64,000 nucleotides of DNA. Source: Tubulanus polymorphus. Lineage: Eukaryota; Animalia; Nemertea. The position numbers and the translations under genes are program-made. The stretch is from assembly GCF_964204645.1 (NCBI RefSeq), contig NC_134030.1:18002210-18066209 (forward strand). The letters run 5' to 3'. Shown piece by piece: positions 59,301-64,000 of the stretch. Positions within the stretch are counted from its first letter, which is position 1; every line of letters begins with the position of its first letter. The notes beneath the pieces are model-generated. The model saw only the letters and a list, made by a program, of their open reading frames with translations. It did not search any database and had not been told where the DNA came from.

Positions 59301-62300
59301 TGGTCAGCGGGGGGCGTTGGATAGTGGAATAATTCAGTATTTCCCTAGTATGTTGGTGCCTAGGCATAATTTGTTACCACAATCAATTGACAGTGTAGCT
59401 AATGAAATTTTCTGATAATTGTGGTAGTTTCAGGGCTATTGCTTTTTGTATATGGCCACCAGGGGGCGTTGAATAGTGGAATAACTTAGTATTTCCATAT
59501 TACTTGGGTACCTAGACATATTTCGTTACAACAATCGATTGCAAAATTGTAGCTCATGACATGTACTATGATTGTGGTGAGTTCCACGGTCTTCGGTTTC
59601 AGTATATGTTCATCAGAGGGCATTGAATTTTTTGAAATTGTTAGATTGTTGGACATTTCAAAGCACTTTCCAATTTGGGCATGGTATCCCTGGACCCCGA
59701 GTTTGGTTCAAATCAATCATAACCCACGTGAAGAAACCCTGTATCCAATAATGGATGTTTCCAAATCATAAGGCGCTTTTTTAATTACTTGGATTTCGGG
59801 AGTTTGGGAGGAAATCTTTGGTCGGGTAAAGGGAATAGATAAAAAAAAAACACAACTTTTTCTTTATTCTGAGATGGTGTACACTTTTATGTGGGTGGAA
59901 TAGAAAAAAAAATTCTCTTTTTTAACCTATTCCTTTAGGCAGAATTCAAAAGGAATCCACAACAAATTTGAAAATGTCATTTTCAGTTAAGAATCTAAGA
60001 TTCAAAAGTAATTGAGCTGTTTTATGAATTGCTTGGATTTCAGATCGATCGCCGAGAATCCAGTCATGTAAGAATTCCAATTTCATCTCAAGTATATAGG
60101 ATAGCTAACGGCTCTCTATTATTAAATCTACACTACAGAGTTAAGTTAAACCCTGTAATTAAATGGAGATGTATCGCAACTGCTCTGTGTAAGACTATCG
60201 CGGACTGGAACTTACGTCATTTCACTAGACAGTTTATAAATCAACAAAGAATAGAATTAATTGATTCACTGATGAGATTTCAAGCTTCACATGTATTTTA
60301 GTTGCGTCAAGTCTTTGAATAACAATACATAATTTACAAACAGGCCATGTTTCAGCACCAGATGGCAGCACAAGACGGCACGATTTAATTGTCGCGGGCT
60401 ATACCGTTGAGGTGCTCGAATCCTGGCACAGTCAGCTTAACCGAACGAACGCGTTTTTGCAATACGTGTGTAAGATGCTTGCAATTTGGTAATTTTTTTC
60501 GCTTTGGGATAGAAAATACTAACGGGGAACGCATTAGAAAATGAGATATAGATTTTTATTTTTCTATTTTTCTTATTTCCGTTTTTTGTTAGGGCGGGGA
60601 GCGGACTTAAAAAAAAAACAATTTTTATTTTATTCAAGAAAGCCAGGAATTCTCGGCGGAGGATCCGAAATCCAAGTAATTAGAAAAAAAACACCTAAGC
60701 AATCATGTGTCTTTTGTGAACACTATATTTTTTTCGATACTAACTCCGTGAGCTTAATTTCGCCATAAGTGTCGTATTCATTGTGACCCTGATATTCAAA
60801 ACCAGCGTGAAAACTAAAATCAAACTCTTAATCGAACAAGAAACTCATTTTCACAGACTCAGATAAAATAAGATGACTTTTCATGTGCTAAACAGTTGAA
60901 GAAACGCAACTCTTGTAATCTTGATTTTTTACTCAATTTACTTTTGATTCCTTCAGTCATTTTGAAGAGCAAACAGAAATTATATCGTAATGTAAATCTT
61001 TTATAGGTATAAACATATTTGAAAACCCGTGTAAACTGGCTGTATTCCAATCACTGGTTTGTACTTGTAAAGCCACAAGTATGATTGGTAATCGAAACAT
61101 CAAAGTAAAATGGTATGCCGATGGATATGAAAAAGACTTAACAGATATTGATAAATTACCCGAGCAAGGCGTAAATACTCCGTTGGAAGATGGAGTTATC
61201 AACAGGAATCAGATGTATTATCTGTACATGCAACACGCAACATTGATTCAGTGTCGTTTATGGAAGTATAATCGGATAGAACTACCGGAACCACTTCAAA
61301 ATCAAATACTACATCAAACTAAGATGGACGTTACGTGTAAGTAAAGAAACATTTCCGTAACAATATCCAGACTACATCAGTCTGGTGTTGGTTTAGAACA
61401 TTTGTCCGAGGTGTCCAGATATGAATGTCTCTGTCTGAGGGTGTCCTACAAGTGACTAGCAAACAACTAACGTCGCATGAGACCTGAGCCAGTTTCAGGA
61501 GGCCACGGTGCATTCTCCCCCTGCTGCGGACGTTATCAGGTCGTTCGTGAATTTTTTTTTTTGTCGAGACAATAGAAATAATAGAGAGGACAAACAACGA
61601 CTATATGTATTTCCTTTCTGAAATCCAATCTTCTAGAGAAAAGTTTATACCTTGTATGATAAGGGTTCAAAATTTCAAAATTTGGATGTAAAAATTGTTT
61701 TCGCTTCAAAGTGATTGATTTAGTAATCTAGCGATTGATTTTTCACTTCCTGGTGATTAGACATTTATGTTTGGGCTCAAGTTCAATGTTGTACCGCCCG
61801 ATATCAGCCAAAACATCTGCCATCAATTGGAGAAAATCGTTTTCCCTGCTACAATAAAGAAGTTTCCAGTTTCTAGGCGCCATTTTGTGGCGGTCCCTCG
61901 AGTTCCCCATTTTCGAAATAATTTACGCTCATTTTTAAAACATAAGTTTTGATTGAATATCAAATAGCTCTGCTTACTTGATTAATACACCATTTTAAAG
62001 GAAATGAAATGCAGATGTTTGCCGGTGATTCGGCTCAAGTATAGTTTACGGAAAAGTAGAACGACGAGACTTATCATAAGAAAAAAATCAATATGCCAGA
62101 GATCAATGTAGTTTAGTTTAACTTGCCGACATCACCGACATTGCCGACATTGGGAAAGAGATTTTTAATGTAGGTTAGTTTAACTTGCCGACATCGCCGA
62201 CATTGCCACTCACGAAAGGGGTCAGGACTCTGTTAGAGAGTGTGTTCGTAAGAACATTGCTTTTGTATTTTTTAGATTTTGATCACTCATTCACCTGATG

Positions 62301-64000
62301 GAGCTTCTACACATTAGTAGCGAAAGCTTGTGCGTCAAATAAATAGTTAACCTATACAGTACTACACGTCTCGTTACTGATCACAAGAAAGACAGTGAAA
62401 ACGAATGTTTTGTTTTTTCAAACAGATTTTGCACCAGTTTACAAGAAATCCAGTGAAAATGAAACATACGCAGCGTATATTGTAACAGTTGATAGTCACC
62501 CATCGACTCAACAAGTTACATGTGACCCTCCAGCTGTCGTTCAAAAACTATCAAACTTTCGGTGGAACGTAACGATACCTATCGTAAATAGTATCATAAC
62601 TGACTATAGAGGGCAGTGTTTGGCTGATGGTATTAATGAAAGGGTGATTGATGTCGCTGGTTATCATAACGCCGGTCCAACTGATGAACCAGGTAAGATT
62701 GCGGGTAAAAATTGGATGAATTTTATCTGAATCTGAACAAATGATTTAAGTCCCGGTTGCCACGTGATAAAACTTCATTAATTCTATGCAATCAAACAAT
62801 TTAGGGAGGGCTCAAATAGTACGTACAATTTTAGGGGGATGAGGGATCGTGGAAGTACTAAGGGGGGGGGGGGTTAAAAACGTCAAACATGATCAGACGT
62901 ACTCATTAAGTAAGTGTAAGTCATCATTTCGATAAGTCGTCACATCACTGAAGTCTTCGATATTCTTGTGTCCCAATATTATTTGTATCTCTAATTCTAT
63001 ATACTGTATTTCCAATTTGGATAAGTCAACATAATTGCACATTATGCACATAATTGCACATAATGCGGTAGAGTCTCATGATGTAATCAGATTTGAGTCT
63101 CTGCACGGTAAGAACAGCATGACAATCCTTTAAAAGTGTCATTTCTCAGTATCAACTGACCTCGGCATATTTCATTATTTGTGAATATATCACATTCAAA
63201 TGTTACACTTTGCACAATAATTCACATTTTCTACTTTACATTTTGAAGCCGTTTGTTATTGGTGTTTTGCATTTCACTTATTAACTTTATTTAGAGGCTA
63301 TTTGAGCTTTGAAAATAAGGAGACAGATATTTCTTGCTTGACCTATTTAATTATTCAATTTAATTGCTGTTACTTTTATCAATAGTAAAAACAGAAATAT
63401 TTCTAGCTTTTTCTTTGCACAATTTAATGAAAATTGCTGATTTGTTTGAAATCCAGTTCCCGAAGGAATGAATGGAGGCAGAGTGGCTGGTGCTGTAATC
63501 GGTGTACTGATATTACTGATTCTGATAATACTGTTTATACTGTGTCATTGTGGCTGCTGTAAGTTTTACATAAAACCATCATTAAATCTAGATAATGAAA
63601 CAACAATAAACAAACTGCAGAAATAAAATACTGTATTATTTCTAATTGACAGTGCGGTGTAGAGAACCTAATGATGAACTGTGTAGATATGGAAATTGTA
63701 AGTTCTGTAATAATCGGCTAATTTTCCCTGCGTAAGCCATGTGAGTGTTAACATGCTGTACAGTATTTTATTTTGTTTTCCAGTACTGTGTTTCTATAGA
63801 AAACCTGCTGATAAACTGTTTAGATGTAATTGTCGCACCGAGAACTCGTCGGACAATGAACTATGTGTTTGTTGTTGCTGTAAGTGTCATAGAAAAATGC
63901 CATCATAGAATCTTAGAAAGGATTATCGCAAATTAGAATATTTTGTTTGTTTGTTTTCAGTGACTTGCAAATTACCTGCTGCCGATGAACCTGGTGATAA
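56335..64000 (+). CDS. Type I membrane protein with Ig-like domain(s), partial; exons 56335-56431, 57021-~57110 (uncertain), 58086-58376, 62426-62692, 63457-63558, 63961->
   Basis: Signal peptide MKNWIWLLFDVILLLTISFNSEA plus RNKR. Ig exon VSITCK...YKCVATNSAG. TM exon VAGAVIGVLILLILIILFILCHCGC. Consistent phase-1 GT-AG junctions. Confidence 0.7.
57757..58130. repeat. Five tandem 80-82-bp repeats spanning an intron/exon junction
   Basis: CAG-CACCTGATG with the G of CAG at 57759, 57841, 57923, 58005 and 58085. Confidence 0.9.
58525..58664. mobile_element. Small MITE (PIF/Harbinger-like)
   Basis: GGGCCCCAGTTCC...GGAACCGGCCCC termini; a second copy lies at 38988. Confidence 0.6.
62288..62345 (+). 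ncRNA. Degenerate Penelope-type hammerhead motif
   Basis: CACCTGATGGAGCTTCTAC..GTAGCGAAAGCTTGTG followed by AATAAA. The core reads CTGATGG rather than CTGATGA. Confidence 0.4.

Noticed and set aside
61081-61344. 87-aa ORF in an intron
   Set aside because: No recognisable motif; probably a mobile-element fragment.

Overview
This is animal (invertebrate-type) nuclear genomic DNA with spliceosomal introns and many transposons. Positions 1 to about 11160 are the right-hand part of a very AT-rich, intronless, gene-dense endogenous DNA virus of the Polinton/Maverick/adintovirus-like type. It encodes an rve integrase with a chromodomain, an A32-like packaging ATPase, likely major and minor capsid proteins, several membrane proteins and zinc-finger proteins. 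No DNA polymerase or protease is visible; the element runs off the left edge. Its most striking property is uniform regulation: 13 of 15 genes start at TAAATG, many follow a T-tract, and the three leftward genes share an identical 20-bp upstream motif. This resembles poxvirus/asfarvirus cytoplasmic transcription signals and suggests a helper-dependent, virophage-like element in an animal. A palindromic repeat block follows the ATPase. A diverged, deleted relic of a related virus lies at about 21.8-23.4 kb. The rest is host DNA: nested LINE, TIR and Penelope elements with hammerhead ribozymes, MITEs, a solo LTR, a CMC-type transposase relic and a tRNA-Pro(TGG). It also holds an intact 4-exon secreted stand-alone GON-domain gene, a broken APETx-like peptide gene, C-type lectin and adhesion-GPCR-like pseudogenes, and an Ig-domain membrane protein gene running off the right edge. 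All family assignments come from motif recognition by eye; no searches were run.
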